Shown here: positions 1 to 9,702 of the stretch, piece by piece
Layout of the letters: each line of letters begins with the position of its first letter
Position numbering within the stretch: the first letter of the stretch is position 1
From: Dehalococcoidia bacterium UBA2979
GTDB taxonomy: Bacteria; Chloroflexota; Dehalococcoidia; UBA2979
Direction: 5' to 3'
Assembly (NCBI GenBank): GCA_002348225.1
Contig: DEAP01000041.1
Location: 5,047 to 69,046, forward strand
Length of the DNA stretch: 64,000 bases
Translations under genes and position numbers: made by a program
The notes under the pieces: model-generated
The model's database searches: none
Told to the model about the DNA's origin: nothing
Seen by the model: only the letters and a program-made list of their open reading frames with translations

Positions 1-5
1 CAGCG

Positions 6-1001
6 ATGGGATTCCGGAAGTTTGATGAAATGATTGGCCGTAGCGATCTTCTTGATATGAACGCGGCCATACAACATTGGAAAGCCGATGGTCTTGATCT
101 ATCGCCTATCCTTTATCGTCCGGAGGTCGACGATGATGTTGCCACTCGGTGTGTGATCGATCAAGATCATGGTCTTGAAGAGGCTCTCGACCAGCAGTTG
201 CTTGAACTAGCCGCCAATGCACTCGAGTCTGGTCAACCAGTGAGTATTGACTTGCCGATCAGTAACGTAAATCGGACGGTCGGAACTATTTTGGGTAGTG
301 AGTTAAGCAGAAAATACGGAAATACAGGACTACCTGACAACACAATTGATATTCAGTTCCACGGCTCGGCTGGAAATAGTTTCGGCGCATTTGTCCCTGC
401 GGGGATGACGCTCCGGATCGAAGGTGACACGAATGATTATGTGGGTAAAGGACTGTCGGGTGGTCGGATCATCGTCTATCCGCCTAAAGAGTCAACCTTT
501 GTTCCGGAAGATAACATAGTGATCGGGAACGTTGCCTTGTATGGTGCAACGAGTGGCTCAGCATTTTTTAGAGGTGTCGCAGGAGAGCGCTTTGCGGTGC
601 GAAACAGTGGTGCGCTTGCGGTAGTTGAAGGAACTGGAGACCACACTTGCGAGTATATGACCGGGGGGCGAGTCGTGGTTATTGGAAGGACTGGTCGTAA
701 TTTCGGGGCCGGAATGAGTGGCGGCATCGCCTATGTACATGATCCCGATCAGACATTCCATACTCGGTGCAATATGGAAATGATAGGGCTTGAACCCCTT
801 GATGAACCCGAAGATCTGGATCTGGTGAAGGGACTTCTGGAACGTCATACGGAATATACCGGAAGTACTGTCTCAAGCAATTTGCTTGATGGTTGGCCGG
901 CCAAAGCATCTGAGTTCGTTAAGGTGATGCCGACTGAATATCGCCGAGTTTTGGATGAACAGGCAGCGGCCCAGCAGGAATCTACGGTGTCCAATGGCTA
1001 A
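6..1001 (+). CDS. gltB: Glutamate synthase large subunit, C-terminal domain (5' partial).
   Basis: The translation carries the characteristic GltB C-terminal beta-helix (GXGXG-repeat) domain, e.g. GSAGNSFGAFVPAGMTLRIEGDTNDYVGKGLSGGRIIVYPP. The ORF is open to the window edge, and its stop overlaps the gltD start by 8 nt. Confidence 0.85.
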   Translation: MGFRKFDEMIGRSDLLDMNAAIQHWKADGLDLSPILYRPEVDDDVATRCVIDQDHGLEEALDQQLLELAANALESGQPVSIDLPISNVNRTVGTILGSELSRKYGNTGLPDNTIDIQFHGSAGNSFGAFVPAGMTLRIEGDTNDYVGKGLSGGRIIVYPPKESTFVPEDNIVIGNVALYGATSGSAFFRGVAGERFAVRNSGALAVVEGTGDHTCEYMTGGRVVVIGRTGRNFGAGMSGGIAYVHDPDQTFHTRCNMEMIGLEPLDEPEDLDLVKGLLERHTEYTGSTVSSNLLDGWPAKASEFVKVMPTEYRRVLDEQAAAQQESTVSNG

Positions 1002-2436
1002 GCCAACAGGTTTTTTAGAGTTTGGGAGAGAATTACCAACGCGCCGGCCGGTGGAAGATCGTGTGCACGACTGGCTCGAAGTATATGAGGAATTTCCTGT
1101 ACCTGTTCTGCAAAATCAGGCGAGTCGCTGCATGGATTGTGGTATTCCATTTTGTCACCAAGGCTGTCCTTTAGGAAATATGATTCCGGATTGGAACGAT
1201 CAAATCTATAGAGGCAAATGGGAAGAAGCTATTGAACGACTCCATGCTACGAATAATTTTCCTGAGTTCACCGGTAGGCTTTGCCCAGCGCCTTGTGAAG
1301 CTTCCTGCGTCTTAGGTATTAATCAGGATCCTGTGACGATCAAGCAGGTTGAAGTTGAGATTATCGAGCGAGCATTCGCCGAAGGATGGGTGCATCCAGA
1401 ACCGCCGGAAAACAAGACTGATAAGAAGGTAGCAGTGGTTGGATCTGGGCCAGCTGGTCTGGCTGCTGCGCAGCAACTGGCTAGAGCTGGTCATACAGTT
1501 ACTATTTTCGAGCGTGCTGATCGGATCGGTGGACTACTCCGCTACGGAATCCCTGATTTCAAAATGCAGAAAGAATTTATTGACAGGCGTATCGATCAGA
1601 TGGAAGGCGAAGGTGTCATATTTCAGACATCAGTAAATGTTGGAATTGACATAACTGCCGAGCAATTGCGCGAAGAATTTGACGCTATATGTTTAGCGGG
1701 AGGATCTACTGTTGCAAGAGATCTACCAGTTCCAGGGAGAGAACTTGAGGGCACGTATCCGGCCATGGTCTATCTCCCGAAACAGAACAAAATAAATGCA
1801 GGAGATGACATCACTGACGAAGGATTCATAAGCGCTGAAGATAAGCGAGTCATAATCCTCGGGGGTGGAGACACTGGGGCTGATTGTCTGGGTACGGCTA
1901 TCCGCCAGGGTGCTAAGGAGGTTCTCCAATATGAACTTCTCCCTCGCCCGCCAGAAGCTAGAGACGCCAACCAGCCTTGGCCCACGTATCCCAATCTGTA
2001 TCGCGTATCTTCTGCTCACGAAGAGGGTGGTCTAAGGGATTACAGCATAATGACAAAAAGCCTTTCAGGTGAAGATGGGGTCTTGAAAAAGCTACATGCC
2101 ATACGTGTTGAGATGGTTGCTGATGGAGATCGCATGACCATGGAGGAAGTTCCCGGATCTGAATTTGAAGTCGATGTCGACCTTTTACTGCTTGCCATGG
2201 GATTTGTCGGGCCTGAACAGGATGGGATTCTGCACCAGCTTGGCGTGGAGCTAACGGATCGAGGCAATGTTTGGGCTGATGAACAGAAAATGACCAGCGT
2301 TGCCGGAGTATTTACAGCAGGTGATATGACGAGGGGTCAGTCGCTGATTGTTTGGGCGATTGCCGAAGGTCGCACTGCAGCCAAACATATAGATGAATAT
2401 CTTATGGGTAGCAGTATACTACCGGCTCCTTTGTAG
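994..2436 (+). CDS. gltD: Glutamate synthase small (beta) subunit, NADPH-dependent.
   Basis: The N-terminus MAKPTGFLEF and the Fe-S Cys cluster CMDCGIPFCHQGCPLGNMIPDWN match GltD, followed by FAD/NAD Rossmann motifs (VAVVGSGPAGLAAA). The internal ATG at 994 is preferred over the ORF-track start at 955 because it gives the conserved GltD N-terminus. Confidence 0.9.
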   Translation: MAKPTGFLEFGRELPTRRPVEDRVHDWLEVYEEFPVPVLQNQASRCMDCGIPFCHQGCPLGNMIPDWNDQIYRGKWEEAIERLHATNNFPEFTGRLCPAPCEASCVLGINQDPVTIKQVEVEIIERAFAEGWVHPEPPENKTDKKVAVVGSGPAGLAAAQQLARAGHTVTIFERADRIGGLLRYGIPDFKMQKEFIDRRIDQMEGEGVIFQTSVNVGIDITAEQLREEFDAICLAGGSTVARDLPVPGRELEGTYPAMVYLPKQNKINAGDDITDEGFISAEDKRVIILGGGDTGADCLGTAIRQGAKEVLQYELLPRPPEARDANQPWPTYPNLYRVSSAHEEGGLRDYSIMTKSLSGEDGVLKKLHAIRVEMVADGDRMTMEEVPGSEFEVDVDLLLLAMGFVGPEQDGILHQLGVELTDRGNVWADEQKMTSVAGVFTAGDMTRGQSLIVWAIAEGRTAAKHIDEYLMGSSILPAPL

Positions 2437-3480
2437 GATTTCCGGTTTTTTTGCTGTGATAAACCCTTTCCCGCTGAGTTGCGTTTCTCCGATCAATTTG
2501 CAGTCACGGTAGAAATCTTTTTCGGTTCCGTCCGCCCGCCTGAAGGCTGCTCGGGCTTGATCGTCAGGAAGAGCAGAAGCCTGGATATTTGTGAAACCCG
2601 CTTTATCCAGCAGATACACAAGCTCCTCATCGGCATAGCGGACCAGTGAGTATTGAAAGCAGTCAAGGATATGAGCCTCTAGTATCTCTACTTCGAGGTC
2701 AATACTCGTTTCCAATGATGACGGATTAGCGGGTATCCAGGCCTCTCCAAAAATTGACGGATATCCGGCGAGTGTAAGGAGTATTTTTTCGCAAATGGCG
2801 CGAGTGTGTTCCGTATCGCTCACCACGGCTACGATTTTGGTTTCTCGGTTTGGGTTTTTCTGCCGAACGGTTTCTACCAATATTAGGCAATGCTCAATTC
2901 CCTGCCGAATTCCCTCCAGTACTGAAAAAGTTTTGACGGTCTGATCAGGCAAGTCCCATATCTGATGAAGGAACGATATTTTCCCGTGTGGTTTCAGGAT
3001 ACGAAAAATCTCATCTAGGGTATCTGGCAGAGTTGCGGATTCTTCCACGGCGAAAGATGAAATAACTGTATCTGCAGTGCAATCAGATAACGGTATCTTG
3101 TCCATTTGGGCACTGACGAAGTCAGCATTTGTTATGTGTAACCTCGTGCCGTTCTCAATGCAGCGTTGGACCCGTTGGGCCGAGGACTCAATTCCAAGCA
3201 CACGTATATTGCTTTTAAGTGATGCAAGAACCAGGCTTGGCCATCCATCACCCGATCCTAAATCGACAACTAATTCAGATCGTTCAGAACTAATCGCTTT
3301 GGCAAATGTTTCAACTCGACTATGTTCGATCCAGTGTTCTTCCCGCCCCGGATCGTAGGGGCTATCAATGAACGGGGTATTACCACTTCTCCATTTCGGG
3401 ATCAGTTTATAAAAATCTGAGGAAATCGCAGTACGTGGATGTTGAGACTCTAGCCATGATCGTAAAATAACGTATCTCAT
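2419..3480 (-). CDS. Class I SAM-dependent methyltransferase with a C-terminal domain of unknown function.
   Basis: It has the SAM-binding motif I (VVDLGSGDGWPSLVLA) and a post-I acidic motif. The rest of the 353-aa protein is unassigned. Confidence 0.6.
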   Translation of the reverse strand: MRYVILRSWLESQHPRTAISSDFYKLIPKWRSGNTPFIDSPYDPGREEHWIEHSRVETFAKAISSERSELVVDLGSGDGWPSLVLASLKSNIRVLGIESSAQRVQRCIENGTRLHITNADFVSAQMDKIPLSDCTADTVISSFAVEESATLPDTLDEIFRILKPHGKISFLHQIWDLPDQTVKTFSVLEGIRQGIEHCLILVETVRQKNPNRETKIVAVVSDTEHTRAICEKILLTLAGYPSIFGEAWIPANPSSLETSIDLEVEILEAHILDCFQYSLVRYADEELVYLLDKAGFTNIQASALPDDQARAAFRRADGTEKDFYRDCKLIGETQLSGKGFITAKKPEILQRSR

Positions 3481-3491
3481 CTCGATTTCAC

Positions 3492-5417
3492 ATGACGCTC
3501 GTTCGTATACGACACGTTACCATGTCTTTTATGTCAGCATTCAACATTACCTCCACATCTCATCAGGCCAGAGATGGAATCCGGCTGGCTATCGATATTT
3601 ATAGACCGGCTGACAGTTCAGGTGAGCCGCTGCCTGGTCCTTTCCCGACCGTATTGATCAGGACTCCTTATGACCGGAAAGGTACTCGATATCGCCGCGA
3701 TGGAGAGTTCTGGGCACGTAATGGCTATGTTCTCGCCGTGGAAGACTGTAGAGGTCGTTTTGATTCAGAGGGGAACTTCGTACTGCTGGCCAACGAAGGA
3801 CCGGATGGATTCGATGCCATTGAATGGCTTGCCCAGCAATCTTTTTCGAACGGAAGGATCGGTACCTACGGAACTTCTTACTCGGGATGGATTCAAAACG
3901 CTGCTGCGATTGAGAGACCTCCCTCTTTGTCAGCCATGTGGGTCACTCAAAGTGCTTCAAATGGTGCAACGAGTTCGCTCCGGCATAATGGAACTATGGA
4001 ACTTAGATGGCTCACCTGGGCCGTAACTCATGGTGCTGTATCGCCTGAGGCATTGTCTGACCCAGCGATTCAAACAGCTCTCTCCAATAATGGGATAGAC
4101 ATGTATAGCTGGCTGCGTAAATTACCCTGGGGTGAAGGTCCGGAAAATACACCGTTGCATATGCTCCCCGACTATGACAAATGGGCCAAAGATCTCTATT
4201 TGCACTCAGATCTAGATGAATCCGAAGGTGCCTTCTGGGCGCAGTCAGGTCTGAATTTCGAACCTTATTATAATATTTCAGCAAATGTGCCGACTGTTTA
4301 TTGTGGTGGATGGTACGACTCATACACCAGAGCGACCGTCGAGAATTTTCAGGCGCTAGGTGAGATGAAGGACCATCAGTATCTGTTGATGGGACCTTGG
4401 ATACATGGCGGGATGGATTCACAGATATCCGGGTCGGTAGATCTCGGCGATGATGCTAACCCAGCGGTCGGACTAGGGGCGAGCTATATAAATCTTGTTA
4501 AATCGTGGTTCGATCATTGGCTGCCCGAGGAAGCATATCGCTCAACTGAAGACATCGCCCGGGTGAGAACATTCGTTATGGGTGGTGGTTCTGGAAACAA
4601 GACTGCTGCCGGCAAATTACTCCACGGCGGAAGTTGGAGGGAAGATTCGAATTGGCCTCCACAGAGTATTGTCGTTCAGCCTTATTACTTGCACGAAGAT
4701 GGACTTTTGGATCCTCATCCTGCACCCGAAATGAAGTCGTCAACTTCGTTCATATTTAACCCAGAACAGCCCCTTCCAACCATTTCAGCGAATACATCCT
4801 CACTTAACGAAATTGTTTCCACTCCTGACAGGATCAGAGTTCCCACGCCAATAACATTGATGCGGGTACAAGTCATACAAGGGGGGGCTGATCAGGTGAC
4901 TGATGCAACTGTTCTTGGAGCTGAGCCGCCATTTGGGCCGCTTGAGGATCGTGACGACGTCGTAATTTTCCAGACTACGCCACTTGAGAGACCTCAGGAG
5001 GTTACAGGTCCGCTCGAGGTGGAGCTATTTCTTGAGTCCGATGCTCCTGACACGGATCTTTTTGTCATGTTGCAGGATGAATATCCACCATCAGCAGAGT
5101 GGTCTGATGGTTACAAGCTGAATATTGCGGACGGTATATTTCGTGTGCGCTATAGGGAAAGTATGAGCGAGCCTAAATTGATGGATCCAGGAGTCCCAGT
5201 GAAGGTCCGTTTTGACCTCTATCCTACCAGCAATATTTTTGGCACCGGACACAGAATTCGTCTGATGATATCCAGCTCCTCATTTCCTAGATTTGACGTG
5301 AATCCAAACACCGGTGAACCGGTGGGCAGACACACCTCACTTCGTAAGGCAACTAATACAATCCACCATTCGCAAGAATTTCCTTCAAGGATTCTCCTTC
5401 CGATTAAGGATTCTTAG
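3492..5417 (+). CDS. CocE/NonD family hydrolase (X-Pro dipeptidyl-peptidase S15-like alpha/beta hydrolase).
   Basis: At 641 aa, its N-terminal alpha/beta-hydrolase domain has a GxSxG nucleophile (GTSYSGW) and the C-terminal beta-sandwich typical of the CocE/NonD family. The exact start codon is uncertain. Confidence 0.7.
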   Translation: MTLVRIRHVTMSFMSAFNITSTSHQARDGIRLAIDIYRPADSSGEPLPGPFPTVLIRTPYDRKGTRYRRDGEFWARNGYVLAVEDCRGRFDSEGNFVLLANEGPDGFDAIEWLAQQSFSNGRIGTYGTSYSGWIQNAAAIERPPSLSAMWVTQSASNGATSSLRHNGTMELRWLTWAVTHGAVSPEALSDPAIQTALSNNGIDMYSWLRKLPWGEGPENTPLHMLPDYDKWAKDLYLHSDLDESEGAFWAQSGLNFEPYYNISANVPTVYCGGWYDSYTRATVENFQALGEMKDHQYLLMGPWIHGGMDSQISGSVDLGDDANPAVGLGASYINLVKSWFDHWLPEEAYRSTEDIARVRTFVMGGGSGNKTAAGKLLHGGSWREDSNWPPQSIVVQPYYLHEDGLLDPHPAPEMKSSTSFIFNPEQPLPTISANTSSLNEIVSTPDRIRVPTPITLMRVQVIQGGADQVTDATVLGAEPPFGPLEDRDDVVIFQTTPLERPQEVTGPLEVELFLESDAPDTDLFVMLQDEYPPSAEWSDGYKLNIADGIFRVRYRESMSEPKLMDPGVPVKVRFDLYPTSNIFGTGHRIRLMISSSSFPRFDVNPNTGEPVGRHTSLRKATNTIHHSQEFPSRILLPIKDS

Positions 5418-5422
5418 CTGAT

Positions 5423-5725
5423 TTATCGATCGACATCGACAATTTCGGTTACGCGGCTAATTTCAGGTCGAGCGCCAGATATTCCTTTTAGCGTTTGACC
5501 AAATGCCTTCATGTGATCGGTCTGGCCGTGTGCTTTGAGGGCGTCATCATTGGCATACACCTCATGTAGAAAGAACGTTCCTGGTGATCCTGCTACCTCA
5601 TGTAATGCATATTTCATTACGTCAGGCTCATGTTCACTTACCGCGGCTACCATCGTCTCGATTGCTGAACGGAATTCGTGTTCTTTTCCTTCAGCTGCTT
5701 GTAATTTTGCAAATACTGTAATCAT
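5423..5725 (-). CDS. Antibiotic-biosynthesis-monooxygenase (ABM) domain protein, putative quinol monooxygenase.
   Basis: It is a 100-aa ferredoxin-like ABM fold (MITVFAKLQAAEGKEHEF...LHEVYANDDALKAHGQTDHMKAF). It lies convergent to the CocE-like gene. Confidence 0.65.
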   Translation of the reverse strand: MITVFAKLQAAEGKEHEFRSAIETMVAAVSEHEPDVMKYALHEVAGSPGTFFLHEVYANDDALKAHGQTDHMKAFGQTLKGISGARPEISRVTEIVDVDR

Positions 5726-5787
5726 ATTTCACCCCAATGTCATACCTTGTGATTGGTAGTGTAGTGTCATTTCGTATTTGCTGGAAT

Positions 5788-6348
5788 TCAGAGAGTGGCT
5801 CTGATTTCCTCAAAAATTCCAGACATTTTATTCTCTAGAAATTCAACCCAAACATTATGACCGGATTCTCCCCCTTGATCGGAGACGACTTTGATTGCTC
5901 GAAAAGGAATTTGGTATTTTGCACAAACGGTTGCGATTGCAAATGCCTCCATCTCCACGCAGTCGACACTCATAGGGATATCGGTCTGGAATCGGTCGGC
6001 ACTCCCGCATATCACTGCTGAGGTATGCCCATCACCAAATTTCAGTACTGACGGAAGATCAGAAAATGGAGTTTCACCCATTGCGAGACCAGCCGGAGTG
6101 GCGTCCATATCCATCTGTATGAACTGGTTGCAATGGAGTATGGTCCCCGGAGGATGTTTGGCTGACCCGCAGGTACCGATATTGACTATTTCAATTTCGG
6201 GTCCAAGTTCCATGTGGATTTCAGCAGCCGCAATAGCGGCATTGATCTTGCCAACTCCCGAGTATTTAAGATAGACGTCGGGTGGCACCAGTTTTGGTGA
6301 AATCTCCTGCTCAAGCGCGATCAGTAGTACGAGCGTTTTCTCAGTCAT
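5788..6348 (-). CDS. Nucleoside phosphorylase superfamily protein (PNP/UDP/MTAP type; MTA/SAH-nucleosidase-like or futalosine-hydrolase-like).
   Basis: It is 186 aa with a PNP_UDP_1-like pattern (LIALEQE...GVGKINAAIAAAE...IVNIGTCGS...VEMEAFAIA). Its start codon overlaps the stop of the upstream gene in an ATGA junction. Confidence 0.5.
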   Translation of the reverse strand: MTEKTLVLLIALEQEISPKLVPPDVYLKYSGVGKINAAIAAAEIHMELGPEIEIVNIGTCGSAKHPPGTILHCNQFIQMDMDATPAGLAMGETPFSDLPSVLKFGDGHTSAVICGSADRFQTDIPMSVDCVEMEAFAIATVCAKYQIPFRAIKVVSDQGGESGHNVWVEFLENKMSGIFEEIRATL

Positions 6349-7232
6349 TTCATGTTTTTGCGACTGTTGCTGATAATTTCCTGCAGTGCCAGTGCTAGTT
6401 TCTTTCCTCCTGGAGCGTTGGAGTCATCTTTGTAGGTCTCTAATTGTTGGTACAACTCTGCCGCCGCTAAGTGAAACCCGTTGGGCAAGCCGGCTTCTGC
6501 GAATGTCTTTGCAATTTCCTCCATTTCGCCAGCAAATCTCCAGGCCTTTGCTACAGATGGACCAAGCGTATCAGAACGAGTGTTTAGCATCGGTTGTGAT
6601 AAATCCCATTCCTTTGCTAAGTGCTCGAATACCCCGTTGCTTTCTGCGAGAGTGATAATACCTGCTAAAAGGGCTGCGGATCCCTTGGTCCAACCTGCAT
6701 AGGCCATTTTCAAACTGGATGCGGCAGTGGCATCTCCCTCCAGAGCGATGGTCTCCAACAATCCTCCATTAAGTCGGTCAGAAACTGTATTTGCTCCGTC
6801 ACCAGAGATGTACAATCTAGTACTCCCTTCTTTGGTTGCTGGAGGGCCGATAATCCCACCATCGATATATTGAGCCCCAGAGGATTCGACCTCACGTGCA
6901 ACCAATCGCGCCGTCTCAGGTGATATGGCATTGGCATCTAGGTATAGACCCCTATAACCAAGTGACGATACCTCAAATGCTACATCCAGAGCGGCAACCG
7001 GTGGAACAACGGAAATAATTAATTTGCTGCGATTAACGAGACCGTTCAACCATCCAGTATCAACTAGATCGGCTACCGTTCTGGCACGCTCTTTCGATTC
7101 AGGACTTCTGCCGTCGGAACACCACATTACTTCGTTGCCAGCTGCTATCAGTGATTCAGCGACAGATATACCCATGGCACCGGGATGGAGAATACCTATC
7201 GTGTATCTGACGGATTCGACATCTGAGATCAT
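6345..7232 (-). CDS. NAD(P)-dependent oxidoreductase with a 6-phosphogluconate-dehydrogenase-like NAD-binding domain (DUF1932-like).
   Basis: It has an N-terminal Rossmann motif IGILHPGAMGISVAESLIAAG and 6PGDH/HIBADH-like architecture. It is translationally coupled to the downstream nucleosidase-like gene. Confidence 0.55.
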   Translation of the reverse strand: MISDVESVRYTIGILHPGAMGISVAESLIAAGNEVMWCSDGRSPESKERARTVADLVDTGWLNGLVNRSKLIISVVPPVAALDVAFEVSSLGYRGLYLDANAISPETARLVAREVESSGAQYIDGGIIGPPATKEGSTRLYISGDGANTVSDRLNGGLLETIALEGDATAASSLKMAYAGWTKGSAALLAGIITLAESNGVFEHLAKEWDLSQPMLNTRSDTLGPSVAKAWRFAGEMEEIAKTFAEAGLPNGFHLAAAELYQQLETYKDDSNAPGGKKLALALQEIISNSRKNMK

Positions 7233-7241
7233 ATTTTTACT

Positions 7242-8870
7242 TTACCAACTGACTGCTGCTCCATCACCCCTACCATCAGATCCTCCCCATAAAACGTTAG
7301 AATTTCTATCTCTCATAATGATTTGTCCACGTCCGAATAGTCCGAGTCGCCGTGATCCGGTAGCAATATCCATATGGTGCCCTCTCCGGTTCAATTCATG
7401 AATTGTTGGAGCCGGGATACTGTCCTCAATTGAAACAATGCCCCATGGAGGGTTTCGGTAAATAGAAAAACGAGGTTCGTCGAGGGCAGCTTGTGGGTTC
7501 ATGTCGTAATCAATTAAATTGATCATCGTTTGGACGTGCCCCTGTGGCTGATGATACCCACCCATAACACCCATGCTTGCGAAGAGTTCGTTTGTATCGG
7601 CGTGAGTGATGAGTGCTGGAATTATCGTATGGTATGGCCGTTTGTTTGGTTCGAGTTTGTTCGGATGGTCGGGATTAAGTACAAAACCAGAACCTCTATT
7701 CTGAAGCGTAAAACCACATCCCATTGGAACTATTCCTGTTCCAAATCCTCCGTAATTACTGTTTATAAAGGAACAAGCATTTCCTACTCCGTCAACGACG
7801 CTCAAGTAGACGGTGTCAGACACTTGCTCTGGTCCCTCATTTGGTGCAATACAGACAGCTGGATCTAATTCACCCCGAAGCTTCAAAGTGTGTTCGTCAG
7901 AAAGTAGTTCTTCTACCGGGACCTCATGGAAGTCGGGATCGGCGATGTGAGACTTGCCTTCTCGAAAAGCCAGGCGGACAGAGTCAATTAACAGATGTAG
8001 GAGGTCCGGTCCACGACGATCAAATTCCCTAATATCGAACGACTTGAGAATGTTAAGGGCAATAAGTGCTATTAGTCCTTGTCCATTCGGTGGATGTTCC
8101 CAAATTCGATAGTCACGATATTGAGTGGATATCGGATCTGGGAAACTAGACCGATGGGAACTGAGGTCTTCTTCAGTCAACCAACCGTTCAGTGGTTCTA
8201 AAACCTTAACAATATTCTTCCCTGCATAACCTTCGTAGAACGCCTTCGGGCCACCTTCGCCAATCTCTCGGAAAATTCGAGCAAGATTTAGATTCGTCCA
8301 GATTTCACCCGCTCGAGGGGCCCGTCCGTTCAGTAAAACTTCGTCAGCGTGTGGGCTGGCGCCTTTGAGCAGATCTTCGCTATCGACCCATAATTTTGAA
8401 ATTACCGGTGTAACGGGGATTCCGTCCTCAGCCAGTGTGATGGCAGGCTTAAGAACATCGAGGAGTGGCATCGTACCGAACCTGGTAATCGTGTCTGCCC
8501 ACCCCATCGCCGCGCCCGGGACAGTAACGCTATGAGCGGTAGTCGAGACTTCTCCGAAATCCTGAATCCCGAGGCTCTGCATTTCTGCGATTGTCTGAGC
8601 TCCCCCGCTGCGCCCACTGCCGTTTAAGCATCTGATATTTCTGGTATTGCTGTCGTAATATAGGGCGAAGCAGTCTCCACCAATTCCGGTGGAAGTTGGT
8701 TCAACGACATTGAGAGCAGCAGCGGTTGCGACGGCAGCATCTGCAGCGTTCCCACCATTCTGTAGAGTCTGTAGACCGGCCATAGCAGCAAGCGGGTGGC
8801 TTGTTGCTACCATACCTCGAGTTCCTAAGACAGGTGAACGTCGTGACTCGAAGTTCCAATTCTCGTTCAT
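7242..8870 (-). CDS. ggt: Gamma-glutamyltransferase.
   Basis: The N-terminus TSHPLAAMAGLQTLQNGGNAADAAVATAAALNVVEPTSTGIGGDCFALYY is canonical GGT, and the catalytic Thr autoprocessing region is present. The start is taken at the internal ATG 8870 (MNENWNF...), preceded by an AGGAAG RBS, rather than the ORF-track start at 9005. Confidence 0.85.
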   Translation of the reverse strand: MNENWNFESRRSPVLGTRGMVATSHPLAAMAGLQTLQNGGNAADAAVATAAALNVVEPTSTGIGGDCFALYYDSNTRNIRCLNGSGRSGGAQTIAEMQSLGIQDFGEVSTTAHSVTVPGAAMGWADTITRFGTMPLLDVLKPAITLAEDGIPVTPVISKLWVDSEDLLKGASPHADEVLLNGRAPRAGEIWTNLNLARIFREIGEGGPKAFYEGYAGKNIVKVLEPLNGWLTEEDLSSHRSSFPDPISTQYRDYRIWEHPPNGQGLIALIALNILKSFDIREFDRRGPDLLHLLIDSVRLAFREGKSHIADPDFHEVPVEELLSDEHTLKLRGELDPAVCIAPNEGPEQVSDTVYLSVVDGVGNACSFINSNYGGFGTGIVPMGCGFTLQNRGSGFVLNPDHPNKLEPNKRPYHTIIPALITHADTNELFASMGVMGGYHQPQGHVQTMINLIDYDMNPQAALDEPRFSIYRNPPWGIVSIEDSIPAPTIHELNRRGHHMDIATGSRRLGLFGRGQIIMRDRNSNVLWGGSDGRGDGAAVSW

Positions 8871-8916
8871 TAATACATTTTCTTCCTGATATTCTTTGCT
8901 TAAGGATAAGCGGACA

Positions 8917-9117
8917 ATGGAACTAAAGCCTACATACTGGGTGAACGTCGACGCTGAGGTGCAGATCATCCACAGTGGGGATTGCGATCTTGTGCAAGAG
9001 TACACTGGTGCCGAGAAAACTTTTGGCTACTGGATATCATTTGTTGAGAAAAGCATGGCTTTTGCAGAATTCGATGATCTGAGCGAGTGCGTGATGTGTC
9101 TCACTGGGGACCAATAG
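8917..9117 (+). CDS. Hypothetical small Cys-containing protein (66 aa).
   Basis: The ORF MELKPTYWVNVDAEVQIIHSGDCDL...SECVMCLTGDQ has an AAGGAT RBS about 8 nt upstream. It is divergent from ggt and has no recognisable domain. Confidence 0.25.
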   Translation: MELKPTYWVNVDAEVQIIHSGDCDLVQEYTGAEKTFGYWISFVEKSMAFAEFDDLSECVMCLTGDQ

Positions 9118-9118
9118 C

Positions 9119-9667
9119 TTACGAGTTCGGTTCAACTGCCCCAGCAATAATTAGTGTCAAAGTAGCCACATCTATAGGTCCGGCATGTCTCTCCAGTACC
9201 GTGGCTCCATCTGCATCAATGGTACAAATTCGAGGGAATCCTAAGATTCCTAACTCTCGCGCCAACTCTTGATCTTCTTTGTTGGCCACGTCCAGAATGA
9301 CATAATTTATTTGTGATTGAGTGTCGTATCGTAACCCGTCAACTACGGATCGCACCTGTTTGCAGCTCATTCAGCCGACAGCCGAATTGAATACCAGAGT
9401 TGGTAGACCATTTTGTGGAATGAAAGCACCGGTGCGGTCAATTTGCCTGTCGGACATTTTGAAATTTTGTTGAACTAGTACTGCTTTGCCGTCAGATGGG
9501 TAATTACCTGTAGCTATCGCTGACTGCTGATCTGGGGAGCTGCCAGATTGACTGCTTGATCCTTTTTCAATCTTGGAGTTTTCAGCGGCGCATGAGATCA
9601 AAAGGGCTATCATTATCGAAGCTGTCACCGAAGGCAATAATCTTTTCGGTAGTGCAAAGCTGACCAT
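9119..9667 (-). CDS. Thioredoxin-fold lipoprotein, candidate selenoprotein (Sec encoded by in-frame TGA 9371..9373; redox motif U-M-S-C).
   Basis: ORFs 9371..9667 and 9119..9370 are in the same frame, separated only by a TGA. The N-terminal part has a signal peptide and lipobox (LISC). The merged protein follows a complete thioredoxin fold: beta strand PTLVFNSAVG, then U-MSC, then helix KQVRSVVDGL, strand YVILDV, helix ELARELGI, cis-Pro FPRICTIDADG, and strand VLERHAG. The TGA falls exactly at the nucleophilic Cys of CXXC. A downstream hairpin (9330..9353, minus-strand mRNA GCGAUCCGU-AGUUG-ACGGGUUACG) starts 17 nt after the UGA and has G/U in the apical loop, consistent with a bacterial SECIS. 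Confidence 0.55.
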
Positions 9668-9702
9668 ATTTCCCCCTCTAGATCATCCTAGCTCAAGGAA
9701 AA

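Noticed and set aside
476-909. Antisense or overlapping short ORFs inside well-supported genes (e.g. 476..727, 558..848, 3670..4026, 4012..4422, 10349..10627, 15121..15399, 26062..26568, 44587..44967).
   Set aside because: They are shadow ORFs on the opposite strand or an alternative frame of conserved coding sequences. They have no independent motifs or RBS.
8871-9005. Long N-terminal extension of gamma-glutamyltransferase from the ORF-track start 9005.
   Set aside because: The extension has no signal-peptide or GGT homology. The internal ATG at 8870 is preceded by AGGAAG and gives the canonical N-terminus.
9119-9667. Interpretation of the TGA-separated ORF pairs (9119..9370/9371..9667 and 13895..14113/14135..14515) as pseudogenes or sequencing errors.
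   Set aside because: In both cases the frame is preserved across the TGA. The TGA falls exactly in a Cys-type redox motif (UxxC, UGSC). A SECIS-like hairpin follows at canonical spacing. Random nonsense mutations would not do this twice. It stays unproven without Sec machinery evidence.
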